A DNA stretch of 64,000 nt from Desulfatiglans sp. (GTDB lineage: Bacteria; Desulfobacterota; DSM-4660; Desulfatiglandales; HGW-15). A program made the translations under genes and the position numbers. Within the stretch, counting starts at the first letter, position 1, and each line of letters opens with the position of its first letter. The DNA is taken from the NCBI GenBank assembly GCA_012513605.1, contig JAAZBV010000115.1:15227-79226 (forward strand). Direction: 5' to 3'. Shown piece after piece: positions 1 to 9,361 of this stretch. Under the pieces are notes generated by a model, which did no database searches, had not been told where the DNA came from, and was given only the letters and a program-made list of their open reading frames with translations.

Positions 1-903
1 CATGGGTTCCGCTGTTTCAAGCCAGAACTGATCAACACACATGGTTTCACCGCCATTGATGCTGTTCCTGCGGCGGTCAGCCCTCAGGCACGGATTGCAT
101 GAGGCAGATCCTGGCTTGGCCGGACCGAAAGATCCGGATGTAACATTGCCATTAGCCATATGCCAGAGTCTTGCATCCATAATACCTTTTGCATCCGCAA
201 TTTTGATACCTTTTGTGCCTATGACGCTAATAGCCTTCAACTTCTTTGCTCCAAATACCGCACCATAACCCCCTACACGGGAGCTTACACCGCTGCCGGT
301 AATCAGGGCCGCAAGCCTTGATCTCGTTTCACCAACTGGCCCTATACATAATATCTGGGGATACCCGGTTGTATAATCCTTATCTATCTGGCGCCAGTCC
401 TCACCATAACGGGTGCGCCCTCCAACCATGTCAGATATTCTCTTCTGGGTTTCCCATGTATCAGTCCCCCATAACTCCTTGCCATCCTCAATCTTGATCT
501 GATCATTGATTATGTTTATCCATACAGGGTTTTCTGACATACCTTCCACTACAATACCATCCCACCCTGCCAGCTTAAGCATGGTTGCAAAACGACCGCC
601 AAAATTACCGCGATTAAATTCACTCGTAGGATATGTCTCCGGCGACAAACCGCAGATGCTGGTTCTTCCTGCACCGGGAACACCAGTAGCCGCAAGAGGA
701 CCGGCCATGATAGGTAATACATGATGGGGGTCATATGGGTCTTTCAGGTCCCATTCTCCCGGTGCAACAGAAAGCTCCCAGAAAAGGGCGGCCCCTATAC
801 CATATCCTCCACCAAATTCTGCATATTTTTCAGTATCAATTGTGCTTATCTGCTTGGTCGTAAGATTGACTCGTGCTATCTTTCCTGTGTATCCATTAGC
901 CAT
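1..903 (-). CDS. Aldehyde:ferredoxin oxidoreductase (AOR) family pterin enzyme, N-terminal ~300 codons; the rest lies beyond the window start
   Basis: Missing from the ORF track because it runs off the edge. My translation of the reverse strand from ATG 903..901 gives MANGYTGKIARVNLTTKQIS...LPIMAGPLAATGVPGAGR...GGRFATMLKLAGWDGIVVEGMSENPVWINIINDQIKIEDGKELWGTDTWET...ILCIGPVGE...GGYGAVFGAKKLKAISVIG. The frame stays open to nt 1. The pattern is typical of the AOR N-terminal domain. AAGGAGA RBS; the start is 15 nt after the stop of the upstream ferredoxin gene. Confidence 0.8.
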   Translation of the reverse strand, partial: MANGYTGKIARVNLTTKQISTIDTEKYAEFGGGYGIGAALFWELSVAPGEWDLKDPYDPHHVLPIMAGPLAATGVPGAGRTSICGLSPETYPTSEFNRGNFGGRFATMLKLAGWDGIVVEGMSENPVWINIINDQIKIEDGKELWGTDTWETQKRISDMVGGRTRYGEDWRQIDKDYTTGYPQILCIGPVGETRSRLAALITGSGVSSRVGGYGAVFGAKKLKAISVIGTKGIKIADAKGIMDARLWHMANGNVTSGSFGPAKPGSASCNPCLRADRRRNSINGGETMCVDQFWLETAEPM

Positions 904-918
904 TTTATTTCTCCTTTC

Positions 919-1641
919 CTATGATTTGGGCGCCGGTTTTTTTGCGCCTCGGCCAGATGGCATTTTGGGTATCGGTGGCGCAAGATCAACATCATAACCT
1001 CTGGTGTCCTCCTGGGATGGCGTCTCATGAACCAGTTTAAGAGCCTTGGCCGGACATATTGTTACACATGCCGGCTCTCCAGCAGGGCCGCCCTTTTTGC
1101 TCCAGAAAGGAGTATCTAAACACAGGTCACATTTTGTAGATTTCTTAATAATCGGATTCCACACTGTCCGGTGAGGTCTCTGCGGACACATCTGGATACA
1201 TTTTTTGCAGCCGATACATTTGTCAGTATCTATAACCCTTACGTTTCCATGCTCTGTATCTATATGGGCAGCACCTGTCGGACAGTTTGAAACGCATACA
1301 GGCGTAACACACTGTCTGCATACTGCCATTACTATATCATTAGGATAGGTCGTAAATGAAGGGGCATCACGTATAATCTGGATTCGCGACAATGCCGGGT
1401 TAGCCTCTCCATAATGGGCCGCAGAGCATGCGAACATACAACTCTGACACCCCCAGCAAACCCTGCTGTCATAGACTATATACCCTTGGGATTTCGGATA
1501 AGAGTCATTGGCTTTAGCCTGTGCGGCAACAGGAATGCCTGTTACTATAGCGCCTGCTGCAAGCGCTGCCCCGCTTCCCACCAGGAACTCACGACGGTTT
1601 AATTTCTTTTTATCTCCTTCGGGTTTTTCAGATTCAGCCAT
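919..1641 (-). CDS. Tat-signal 4x[4Fe-4S] ferredoxin-type electron-transfer subunit (NrfC/HybA/YdhX-like)
   Basis: N-terminus KKKLNRREFLVGSGAALAAGAIVTGIPVAAQA-KA carries a twin-arginine motif, an h-region and an AxA site. Four Cys clusters: CWGCQSCMFAC, CRQCVTPVCVSNC, CIGCKKCIQMC, CDLC...CVTIC. Confidence 0.85.
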   Translation of the reverse strand: MAESEKPEGDKKKLNRREFLVGSGAALAAGAIVTGIPVAAQAKANDSYPKSQGYIVYDSRVCWGCQSCMFACSAAHYGEANPALSRIQIIRDAPSFTTYPNDIVMAVCRQCVTPVCVSNCPTGAAHIDTEHGNVRVIDTDKCIGCKKCIQMCPQRPHRTVWNPIIKKSTKCDLCLDTPFWSKKGGPAGEPACVTICPAKALKLVHETPSQEDTRGYDVDLAPPIPKMPSGRGAKKPAPKS

Positions 1642-1822
1642 GTGTAATTCTCCTTCTGGTAAAAATATTTTTTATTCTCAGTTAATCAGCTACCATCAAC
1701 TTATTAACTGATTGCACTAATTAATCATGAAAATTTAAAAAATGCTCATTTCAGCTATATGTTAACATGAACACAACCAAATTAAGCTTTTTTACCTAGT
1801 AGTAAGCTAATAGAATTTCCTT

Positions 1823-1838
1823 ATATCGGATTAGACAT
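1823..1838. promoter_or_regulatory. Candidate operator, dyad ATATC-N6-GACAT, upstream of the ferredoxin/AOR operon
   Basis: ccttATATCggattaGACATaa. Same left half (YWTATATCR) and spacing as the sites at 3315, 6819, 14379/14401 and 24801/24823. One mismatch in the right half. Confidence 0.4.
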
Positions 1839-2032
1839 AACTGTCAATAAAAATTTTTTAAAATTATCTAAAGATCTTTTTTTAACGCATACTTGTAATA
1901 GATAATGCTAATAAATATACTTTTATATCCAGTCTCATAGTGAATAGTTTCCACGGCTCTATTACAGTCGGCAAAGTGTTTATCTCTTTCTGATGACGCC
2001 TTTTTTCAGCACATTAACTACCGGAGAGCAGA

Positions 2033-3136
2033 CTAATTAATATTATCAAGCATGATGATATGCGTAAGGCCCCATGTCTCCCGGTCAACATAATAATCTT
2101 TTACCGGCCCAAGGCTGGCCCCGCCCCTTACAGGTTTTCCATCAACCTCATTTACCAGCATCATACGTCGGCCAGCCTCTGTTTTAAATATCTCTCTGCC
2201 GGAAAATAGGGTTCTGTATCCATCACATGCAACAAAGAGAAAAAATTTCTCAGGCCCTGCCTCAGGGAAATTGTTTTTGAGGAGAGAACGCATGTTGTAT
2301 CCCCTGGCAGACGATATTACTTTAAAACCTCTTCCGTGCCCGGTCCTGACCCACCCATCGATAGATGCGGTTTCAACCCCTTCAAAGCTCAAAGGATTGC
2401 TGACTCCGTTTTTGACAATGCTGATTGCCTCTGAAGAGCATTTCAGCCCCTGCTGCATCACAGGTAACCCTTTATTATCAACAACAGGATCACTGTAAAC
2501 AATCCTTATCACATTATCGAGATATCTTGCAGTGTCAGGCTCAGCAGGGCATACTAGACGCAGACCATTAAGGGGTTCTTTATGAATATTGTATTTATAT
2601 TCTTCTCCATTTTGCGATTTTGCAGGGAGCAGCTCATTTCTTTTGTAAGCAAGAATTACAGGCTCAGAATCATCGGTCATAGTCAGTTCACCAAAGCTGA
2701 AATGACGACTTTCTCCGCTTTCAGAGATAAATGTGACCACAACATCAAGAGGTCGGTCAAAAGGAGCTCCTTCAGGCTTTTTTGGTGCAACACCTTCAAG
2801 TATATGAAGCACAGGGATTCCTGTGTACCTGTATGTCCCCTCAAAATCCCCTTCTAAAGAAACCTCGTGAGTGCGGACATATGTTGAGGCAAAGGCATTA
2901 AGAGCACCTCTGTCAAACCGGTAAACCTTTTCCGTATCTCCGGCAACTTCAAGTAAAAAGCCCTTTCCAACATCCTCTTTTACCGCAAGGGGTGTTGCCC
3001 CGGTAACGGCTATTATTTCGATATAGTTTCTTTTATTGTGAACATATAAAAACACTGTACTCGTGATTACAAGCGCCACGACAAATCCGACCGCCCCGTA
3101 TATCAGATGTTTTCCGATCATATTGCTCCCCTGCAT
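2033..3136 (-). CDS. Membrane-anchored hypothetical protein with an internally duplicated domain that resembles the sulfite-oxidase/YedY Oxidored_molyb fold
   Basis: N-terminal TM helix (HLIYGAVGFVVALVITSTVFLYV). Two similar halves: YTGIPVLHILEG...VVTFISESGESRHFSFGEL...VILAYKRNELLP...LRLVCPAEPDTARYLDNVIRIVY versus GYNMRSLLKN...FVACDGYRTLFSGREI...MMLVNEVDGKPV...YYVDRETWGLTHIIML. The fold assignment is from memory only. Confidence 0.45.
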   Translation of the reverse strand: MQGSNMIGKHLIYGAVGFVVALVITSTVFLYVHNKRNYIEIIAVTGATPLAVKEDVGKGFLLEVAGDTEKVYRFDRGALNAFASTYVRTHEVSLEGDFEGTYRYTGIPVLHILEGVAPKKPEGAPFDRPLDVVVTFISESGESRHFSFGELTMTDDSEPVILAYKRNELLPAKSQNGEEYKYNIHKEPLNGLRLVCPAEPDTARYLDNVIRIVYSDPVVDNKGLPVMQQGLKCSSEAISIVKNGVSNPLSFEGVETASIDGWVRTGHGRGFKVISSARGYNMRSLLKNNFPEAGPEKFFLFVACDGYRTLFSGREIFKTEAGRRMMLVNEVDGKPVRGGASLGPVKDYYVDRETWGLTHIIMLDNIN

Positions 3137-3278
3137 CCTCTTTCAGTTTTTCTTCTTATATCCATATCTCATTAAGAATGATCACTTCTATTACAAAATT
3201 TATACATATGTCAATATTGATATAAATTATAATTGACAGGAAAAGACATCTGGTTTATTTTGGCTATCCTTAAAAACC

Positions 3279-3304
3279 ACCCGCATTGCTGCGGGTTCTT
3301 TTTT
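3279..3304. terminator. GC hairpin with T-runs on both strands (bidirectional terminator-like)
   Basis: ACCCGC-attgct-GCGGGT followed by tcttttt. The reverse strand reads the same stem followed by ggttttt. It lies between divergent genes, just upstream of the 3315 operator. Confidence 0.45.
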
Positions 3305-3314
3305 AACATCGCTT

Positions 3315-3330
3315 ATATCAATTCCGATAT
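3315..3330. promoter_or_regulatory. Candidate operator, perfect dyad ATATC-aattcc-GATAT, about 80-95 bp upstream of the ALDH start
   Basis: gcttATATCAATTCCGATATaag. The 16-mer matches the site at 6819-6834 at 15 of 16 positions (final T vs C). Confidence 0.55.
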
Positions 3331-3409
3331 AAGACAATTTAATTATTTTTTTAAAAAAGATCATAGTTAAAAGACCGGATAAGTGGTCTTACATAAAAGG
3401 AGAAGGAAA

Positions 3410-4876
3410 ATGAAGGAATTCAAATTGCTGATAAATGGAAAACTGGTTAATGCATTATCCGGTAAGAGATATCCGGTCATCAATCCCGCAAATGAAGAAA
3501 CATTTACAGATCTGCCTCTCGGGGGAATAGATGAGGTTAACATGGCAGTTAAAGCGGCTGGCTCGGCCTTCCCCATATGGTCAAAAGTCCCTATATCCGA
3601 AAGATGCAGGTTCGTAAAAGAAATCGCAACGGGCATAAGGGAAAATGCAGACGAGCTTGCACAACTTGATACCCTTGATCATGGCACTCCGGCAAAAATG
3701 GCATTTCACATGGCAATGGCCTCTGCTTCGTGTCTTGATTTTGCGGCTGAAGCAGCAAGAACTATGATGAGTGAGATGATCCCGGCGTCCAGTAATACCC
3801 TCACATACACCAGAAAAGAGCCTGTCGGAGTTGTTGCGCTTATCACCCCATGGAATGCACCCTTAATGATGATCTGTGATAAACTCGGCGGAATCCTGGC
3901 AACAGGCAACACCTGTATTATAAAGCCGCCAAGTATTGATTCCCTTGAGGCCCTGAAGCTTGCTGAAATTATCTCTAAAGTAAATCTTCCTCCAGGAACT
4001 GTAAATATAATAACCGGACCAGGCGGATTGGTTGGCAATGCCCTGTCATCACATCCTGATGTCAACATGGTTGCCTTTACCGGCAGTTGTGAAACCGGGA
4101 AGGTAATTTTTGAAAATGCGAGCAGGACAGTAAAGAAAGTCGGCATGGAACTCGGTGGTAAAAACCCCTATATCGTTCTTGAAGATGCTGACTTAGATGT
4201 TGCACTGGATAAAATAGTAAGGTCTCAGTATATAAATACAGGGATGATATGCGCGGCTCCTGGAAGAATATATGTTCATGCAAAAATATATGATGAATTT
4301 ATTAATAGATTCATCGAAGAATCAAAAAAGATAACAGCAGGCAATCCCAATGATGAAAAGACATTCATGGGGCCGGTTGTAAGCGCTGAACACAGGGATA
4401 AGGTAGAAGGGCTTATCAAGTCAGGCATAGAAGAGGGTGCAACCCTTTTGCTCGGCGGAAAGAGACCGACTGATCCTTTACTTGAAAAGGGTTACTATAT
4501 ATTGCCCACGGTGTTCAGCAATGTAACGCAGGAAATGAAGATATACCGTGAAGAGATTTTTGGGCCGGTTGCATGTATTGTGAAATTCTCTTCTGAAGAT
4601 GATGTTATCAGGGCTGCAAATGATAATGCCTTTGGCCTCTGTGCAGCAGTGTTCACTAAAGACACGGCTAAAGGCATCAGGTTTGCCAATGAGATTCAGG
4701 CGGGGACAGTATGGATAAATGAGGGATTAACCGCATCAACCGATCTTCCCTGGGGCGGTTATAAGGAAAGCGGATTCGGAAAGGTAAGCGGGGTAAAGGG
4801 CATTCATGAGTTTACACAGGAAAAACTTGTGTGGATTGACCTGCATGGCGGGAAAATGCAGCAGATGCCGGGCTAA
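3410..4876 (+). CDS. NAD(P)-dependent aldehyde dehydrogenase (ALDH superfamily)
   Basis: MKEFKLLINGKLV..., with ALDH signatures PWNAPL, FTGS..TG, MELGGKNP, catalytic Cys region MICAAPGR, EEIFGPV and PWGGYKESGFG. I prefer ATG 3410 with the AAGGAGAAGG RBS over the GTG at 3383 in the ORF track. Confidence 0.9.
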   Translation: MKEFKLLINGKLVNALSGKRYPVINPANEETFTDLPLGGIDEVNMAVKAAGSAFPIWSKVPISERCRFVKEIATGIRENADELAQLDTLDHGTPAKMAFHMAMASASCLDFAAEAARTMMSEMIPASSNTLTYTRKEPVGVVALITPWNAPLMMICDKLGGILATGNTCIIKPPSIDSLEALKLAEIISKVNLPPGTVNIITGPGGLVGNALSSHPDVNMVAFTGSCETGKVIFENASRTVKKVGMELGGKNPYIVLEDADLDVALDKIVRSQYINTGMICAAPGRIYVHAKIYDEFINRFIEESKKITAGNPNDEKTFMGPVVSAEHRDKVEGLIKSGIEEGATLLLGGKRPTDPLLEKGYYILPTVFSNVTQEMKIYREEIFGPVACIVKFSSEDDVIRAANDNAFGLCAAVFTKDTAKGIRFANEIQAGTVWINEGLTASTDLPWGGYKESGFGKVSGVKGIHEFTQEKLVWIDLHGGKMQQMPG

Positions 4877-5009
4877 TTTCTACAAACATGCCTCTGTGGT
4901 CTTTTTTATCGGGCGGAGACGCAGGTCCGCCCTTACCATAAAAAAAAAATCAAAACTCTTACCAGAAAAATAACCGGATATTGTCAGTCTCATAGAAAAG
5001 CTGAATCTC

Positions 5010-5085
5010 ACACAAAGACACAAAGTCGCAAAGGTAACCACTTAAAATAAGACTGTTTTTCTTGGTGTTCTTTGCGGCTTTGCGT
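5010..5085. repeat. Octamer tandem repeats forming an inverted pair between convergent ALDH genes
   Basis: ACACAAAG ACACAAAG TCGCAAAG (5010-5033), and on the other arm CTTTGCGG CTTTGCGT (5070-5085). The arms are complementary and could form a long imperfect stem-loop. Confidence 0.6.
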
Positions 5086-5150
5086 GATAACTTTCCTCTA
5101 TACAATGTTGTCAATATTGGAAATATACTCTGTTAAAAATAAAATATTTC

Positions 5151-5171
5151 CCTGCGCCTTGCGCCCTCGGC
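5151..5171. repeat. Heptamer tandem repeat immediately 3' of the minus-strand ALDH stop
   Basis: CCTGCGC CTTGCGC CCTCGGC, ending 9 nt before the stop codon at 5180. Confidence 0.5.
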
Positions 5172-5179
5172 CGTTTTAC

Positions 5180-6691
5180 CTACAGCACAATACTGACTGT
5201 CTTCACCTCTGTATGGTAATCTATCGCTGACTTACCATTTTCTCTTCCAATGCCTGACTGCTTGAACCCTCCAAAGGGAAGGTTTGGATCAGGTGGCAGG
5301 GTTGCCCCGTTTATTGTTATCATTCCTGCATTAACCGCTGCAGCGGTCTTGATGGCGTTATTCAGATCCTTTGTCCAGATATTGGCTGCCAGACCATAGT
5401 TTGTGTCATTGGCTTCTGGAATAAGGTCTTCAAGTGTATTAAAAGGCGTTGCTATAAGTACAGGCCCGAATATCTCTTCTCTATAGATTGCTGCCTTTTT
5501 ATCAACATCCACAAATATGGTTGGTCTTACAAAATTGCCGGGCCTGTCTATGCCTTTACCGCCTGTAACAAGCCTTGCGCCTGAATCAATACCCTTCTGC
5601 ATATACTGGAGCACCTTGACCTTCTGTGATGCGTTTATAAGCGGCCCCATCTCATTTTCAGGGTCCATGCCAGGGCCTATCTTCATGGTTTCAGCCCTGT
5701 GCTGGATGGCGCTTACCACCTCATCAAAACGCTTTTTCTGAATAAAGAGCCTTGAACCTGCAACGCAGATCTGGCCGCAGTTGTGATAGACACACATTGA
5801 TGCCTCAAAAGGGGCTGATTTCATATCTGCATCATCAAATATGATGCTCGGTGATTTGCCGCCCAATTCAAGGGAGATACGTGTAAGGTTCTCCATTGCA
5901 GCCTTGGCAATGCTTTTACCCACTTCTGTTGAACCGGTAAATGTAATTTTATTGATCCTCGGGTCAGAAACAAGCCTTGAACCTACTACCCCGCCAGGCC
6001 CCTGCAGAAGATTCACTACCCCGTCCGGCACCCCGGCCTCCTGTAACAGTTCCATGAGTCTGCCTGCTATAAGGGGTGTATCCGAGGCAGGTTTGATGAC
6101 CATTGTGCACCCGGTCGCAATCGCAGGGGCAACCTTGCTAACAAACATGGGCATTGGTGCGTTCCATGGAATAACCGCAGCAACAACACCAACAGGCTGA
6201 CGAAGGGTATATGAAAAAACCTGATCCACATGGGGTAAAAGTGTCATAGGGACAAGGGTTTCACCCGCGATCTTGGTTGCAAGACCAGCATAATATTTGG
6301 AAAAATTGATACCCATCATACAGTGTCCAGGATCAGTTGCGGGCCTGCCCAGATCCATACACTCAATCTGACAGAGCTCCTCACGGTTTTTATCAATAAG
6401 ATCTGCAAATCTGAGGAGTATATCCTGGCGTTCCGCGCCGGTCATCTTTTTCCAGGGAGAGTCATCAAATGCCCTGCGTGCCGCTGTCACAGCCATGTCA
6501 ACATCAGCTATTCCGCTTTTTGATGCATGGGCAACAACTTCATTTGTTGCAGGGTCTTTTTTTTCAAAAGTCTCGCCACCCACCGCGCTCTGCCATTTAC
6601 CATTAATGCAGTTTTTAACTTCCTTTGAAAGGAATGCCTTAACCCTGGGCAATAAATTATATTCCGATACTGATAAAAATTTCTCTGCCAT
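5180..6691 (-). CDS. NAD(P)-dependent aldehyde dehydrogenase (ALDH superfamily), second paralogue
   Basis: 503 aa with PWNAPMPM, FTGSTEVGK, LELGGKSP, catalytic Cys region GQICVAGSR, EEIFGPV and PFGGFKQSGIGRE. AAGGAGAA RBS. Confidence 0.9.
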   Translation of the reverse strand: MAEKFLSVSEYNLLPRVKAFLSKEVKNCINGKWQSAVGGETFEKKDPATNEVVAHASKSGIADVDMAVTAARRAFDDSPWKKMTGAERQDILLRFADLIDKNREELCQIECMDLGRPATDPGHCMMGINFSKYYAGLATKIAGETLVPMTLLPHVDQVFSYTLRQPVGVVAAVIPWNAPMPMFVSKVAPAIATGCTMVIKPASDTPLIAGRLMELLQEAGVPDGVVNLLQGPGGVVGSRLVSDPRINKITFTGSTEVGKSIAKAAMENLTRISLELGGKSPSIIFDDADMKSAPFEASMCVYHNCGQICVAGSRLFIQKKRFDEVVSAIQHRAETMKIGPGMDPENEMGPLINASQKVKVLQYMQKGIDSGARLVTGGKGIDRPGNFVRPTIFVDVDKKAAIYREEIFGPVLIATPFNTLEDLIPEANDTNYGLAANIWTKDLNNAIKTAAAVNAGMITINGATLPPDPNLPFGGFKQSGIGRENGKSAIDYHTEVKTVSIVL

Positions 6692-6791
6692 TTTTTCTCC
6701 TTAATTTTTATTGTTTTTCATTTATTAACAAAATGCAGGTCTTTTAATATCCAGCAGGGGCATGCTTTCCCTTTAAGACAAAATTGACTTT

Positions 6792-6834
6792 GCATATGGG
6801 ATTTTTGATATATCCCATATATCAATTCCGATAC
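6792..6834. promoter_or_regulatory. Candidate tandem operator in the divergent ALDH / Mo-enzyme intergenic region
   Basis: GCATATGGGatttttGATATATCCCATATATCAATTCCGATAC. The core ATATC-aattcc-GATAC lies at 6819-6834, with a possible TTGTAA-N16-TATAAC promoter just downstream. Confidence 0.5.
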
Positions 6835-6919
6835 AACAAGTAAATTTTTTTTGTAAAATAAAAATATTATGTTATAACCCACTGGCTAAGCAAAAAAGCA
6901 GAAAGGAAAATAATAATAA

Positions 6920-9358
6920 ATGACTGATGACGGAATAAAGAAGGTCCGCACCACTACATGGTCAGGGGGACCTGGGTGCCACGGCGGATGCGGTGTTATA
7001 GCCCACATTAAGGATAATAAGCTTGTAAAGATAGAAGGTGACCCGGATCACCCCATGAACAGAGGCAGGCTCTGCTCCAGGTGTCTGGCCATGACACAGA
7101 TTGTGCATCACTCTGAGAGGCTGACAAAGCCCCTTAAACGCATTGGCGAGAGAGGTGAAAACAAATGGCAGGAGATCTCCTGGGATGAGGCATTTGATTA
7201 CATTGAAGAAAAGATGAATAAGATCAAGGCGGAATACGGCCCTGAAAGCATGACCTTTTCAATGGGCACAGGCCGCGATGTTGGGGCCTGGATATGTATG
7301 CTTGCCTATGCTTTCGGCAGCCCGAATGTCTCATTTGCCATGAGCGGAAATGGCTGTTATTCACCCAGGATTGCAGCCACAGAAATAGTTATAGGTGACT
7401 ACTGCATATTTGATGGCGGTCAGTGGTTCCCAAAGGGCCATGACGACCCGGGCTATACGGTCCCTGAATGCATAGTCATATGGGGTTATAATATTCCGGC
7501 TTCATGCCCGGACAATATCTTTGGCCACTGGGTAACAGACCTGATGAAAAAGGGTTCCAAGGTTATCACAATAGACCCGCGCCTGAGTTTTTTTGCATCC
7601 AGGTCAGATAAATGGCTCCCGCTCAGACCAGGTACAGACGGCGCCCTTGCAATGGGCTTTCTGAATATTGTCATAAAGGAAGGGCTTTATGACAGAGACT
7701 TTGTAAAAAAATGGACAAACGCACCACACCTGATCAGACAAGACACAGGTAAGTTATTAAGGGAGATAGATATTGACCCGAAAGGCGATACCAAAAACTT
7801 TGTGGTATGGGATAAAGCCTCATGTAAAACTGTGATATGGGATTCAGGATGCGCTGGCTATAAAGCTGAGGTAGGTGAAGCAGCTCTTGAGGGTGAGTTT
7901 GATATAACCCTTGCCTCCGGTGCAGAAATAAAGACAACAACCGTCTGGACAAAGTTCTGCGCAAGGGCAGCGGAATACCCGGTTGAAAAGGTGGCTCAAA
8001 TCACCTGGCTCAAAGAGAAGGACATAATAGAGGCGGCACACCTGTATGCGAAGAGCAAACCCGCATCCATCCAGTGGGGCCTTGCAATTGATTCCACACC
8101 TGCCGTAACACCCACAGCCACAGCCATTGCCTCATTATGGAGCATTATGGGGAACCTGGATATTCCGGGTGGAAACCCGATTGCGCGATATGCCTATAAT
8201 GCAGTGGCCTATGCTTTGCCCGGCGCTAAAGGGGTAATCAGGCTGGAAGACAAAGAGATGGATAAAAAGCGGATAGGTTATAATGACTATGGCCCGTTCA
8301 GGGAATTCATCTGGAGAACCCAGACCGATAAGATGTTTGAGCAGATATTTACTGAAAAGCCCTACCCTGTTAAAGGTATGTGGCTCCAGTGCTGCAACCT
8401 TATAGGCGGCACAGGGTATGATCCTAAAAAATGGATAGAGGCCCTTAAAAAGCTGGATTTTGTGGCTGTTACCGATATCTTCATGACACCCACATGCCAG
8501 ATGGCTGATATTGTGCTGCCTGCAACATCATTTCTTGAAAAGGACAGCATCAGAAGCTGGTGGGTGCCTTTGCAGACCATTAATAAGGCAATGACAGTAG
8601 ATGAATGCAGGTCGCTTATTGAGATAAATTTTGAGATGGCAAAGAGGTTTGATCCTAACTTCAGATGGAAAACCATTCATGACCTGTTTGACGAGATACT
8701 TGCGCCGTCAGGTATGACATTTAAGGAGTTACAGAAAAAGGGGTGGTCAATACCCCCTGATGGAAACCCCAGCGCGCCATATCATCGACATGAAAGGGGC
8801 CTGTTAAGGCAGGATAAAAATCCCGGGTTCCAGACCCATTCAGGCAAGGTTGAACTCTATTCAACCCTGAGGGAGGAGTGGGGCCTTGACCCCATACCCT
8901 GCTATGAAGAACCCCCATTTACACCCATAAGCAGGCCTGACCTGGCTGAAAAATATCCACTTATCCTATCAACTGGTAGAAGATCACCGGTCTTTTTCCT
9001 ATCGGAACACAGGAACATACCATGGTTAAGGGAGGCTGATCCTGATCCTGTTGTGGAAATCCACCCGGATACTGCAAAATCCCTTGGTATTGAAAACGGT
9101 GAATGGGTATGGGTGGAAAACTGGATGGGCAAATGCAAGCTCAAGGCAAAGGTCACACCTATTGTACCAAGGTGGATGGTAATGGCTGCACACGGCTGGT
9201 GGTTTCCTGAAAAGGAGGGTGCAGAACCTTCGCTTTATGGGATGTGGGATTCCAATATCAACCAGTTAATGCCCATGGGGGCAAACGGAAAAGATGGCCT
9301 TGGTACAATCACAAAGCATCTTTTATGTAAAGTTTACAAGGTGAATGGAGAGGCATAG
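6920..9358 (+). CDS. Cytoplasmic bis-MGD molybdo/tungstopterin oxidoreductase, catalytic subunit (DMSO-reductase superfamily; substrate unknown)
   Basis: 812 aa with no Tat signal. N-terminal Fe-S Cys pattern GPGCHGGCGV...RLCSRC. The size and the C-terminal barrel-like segment (VEIHPDTAKSLGIENGEWVWVEN..GKCKLKAKV) are typical of the family. Confidence 0.8.
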   Translation: MTDDGIKKVRTTTWSGGPGCHGGCGVIAHIKDNKLVKIEGDPDHPMNRGRLCSRCLAMTQIVHHSERLTKPLKRIGERGENKWQEISWDEAFDYIEEKMNKIKAEYGPESMTFSMGTGRDVGAWICMLAYAFGSPNVSFAMSGNGCYSPRIAATEIVIGDYCIFDGGQWFPKGHDDPGYTVPECIVIWGYNIPASCPDNIFGHWVTDLMKKGSKVITIDPRLSFFASRSDKWLPLRPGTDGALAMGFLNIVIKEGLYDRDFVKKWTNAPHLIRQDTGKLLREIDIDPKGDTKNFVVWDKASCKTVIWDSGCAGYKAEVGEAALEGEFDITLASGAEIKTTTVWTKFCARAAEYPVEKVAQITWLKEKDIIEAAHLYAKSKPASIQWGLAIDSTPAVTPTATAIASLWSIMGNLDIPGGNPIARYAYNAVAYALPGAKGVIRLEDKEMDKKRIGYNDYGPFREFIWRTQTDKMFEQIFTEKPYPVKGMWLQCCNLIGGTGYDPKKWIEALKKLDFVAVTDIFMTPTCQMADIVLPATSFLEKDSIRSWWVPLQTINKAMTVDECRSLIEINFEMAKRFDPNFRWKTIHDLFDEILAPSGMTFKELQKKGWSIPPDGNPSAPYHRHERGLLRQDKNPGFQTHSGKVELYSTLREEWGLDPIPCYEEPPFTPISRPDLAEKYPLILSTGRRSPVFFLSEHRNIPWLREADPDPVVEIHPDTAKSLGIENGEWVWVENWMGKCKLKAKVTPIVPRWMVMAAHGWWFPEKEGAEPSLYGMWDSNINQLMPMGANGKDGLGTITKHLLCKVYKVNGEA

Positions 9359-9361
9359 ATA

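Noticed and set aside
6920-9358. Selenocysteine (in-frame UGA) in the Mo/W enzymes, given the nearby tRNA-Sec
   Set aside because: All pterin-enzyme ORFs here are uninterrupted from start to stop with ordinary Cys at the cluster motifs. I saw no split ORF pair that would be joined by a UGA.
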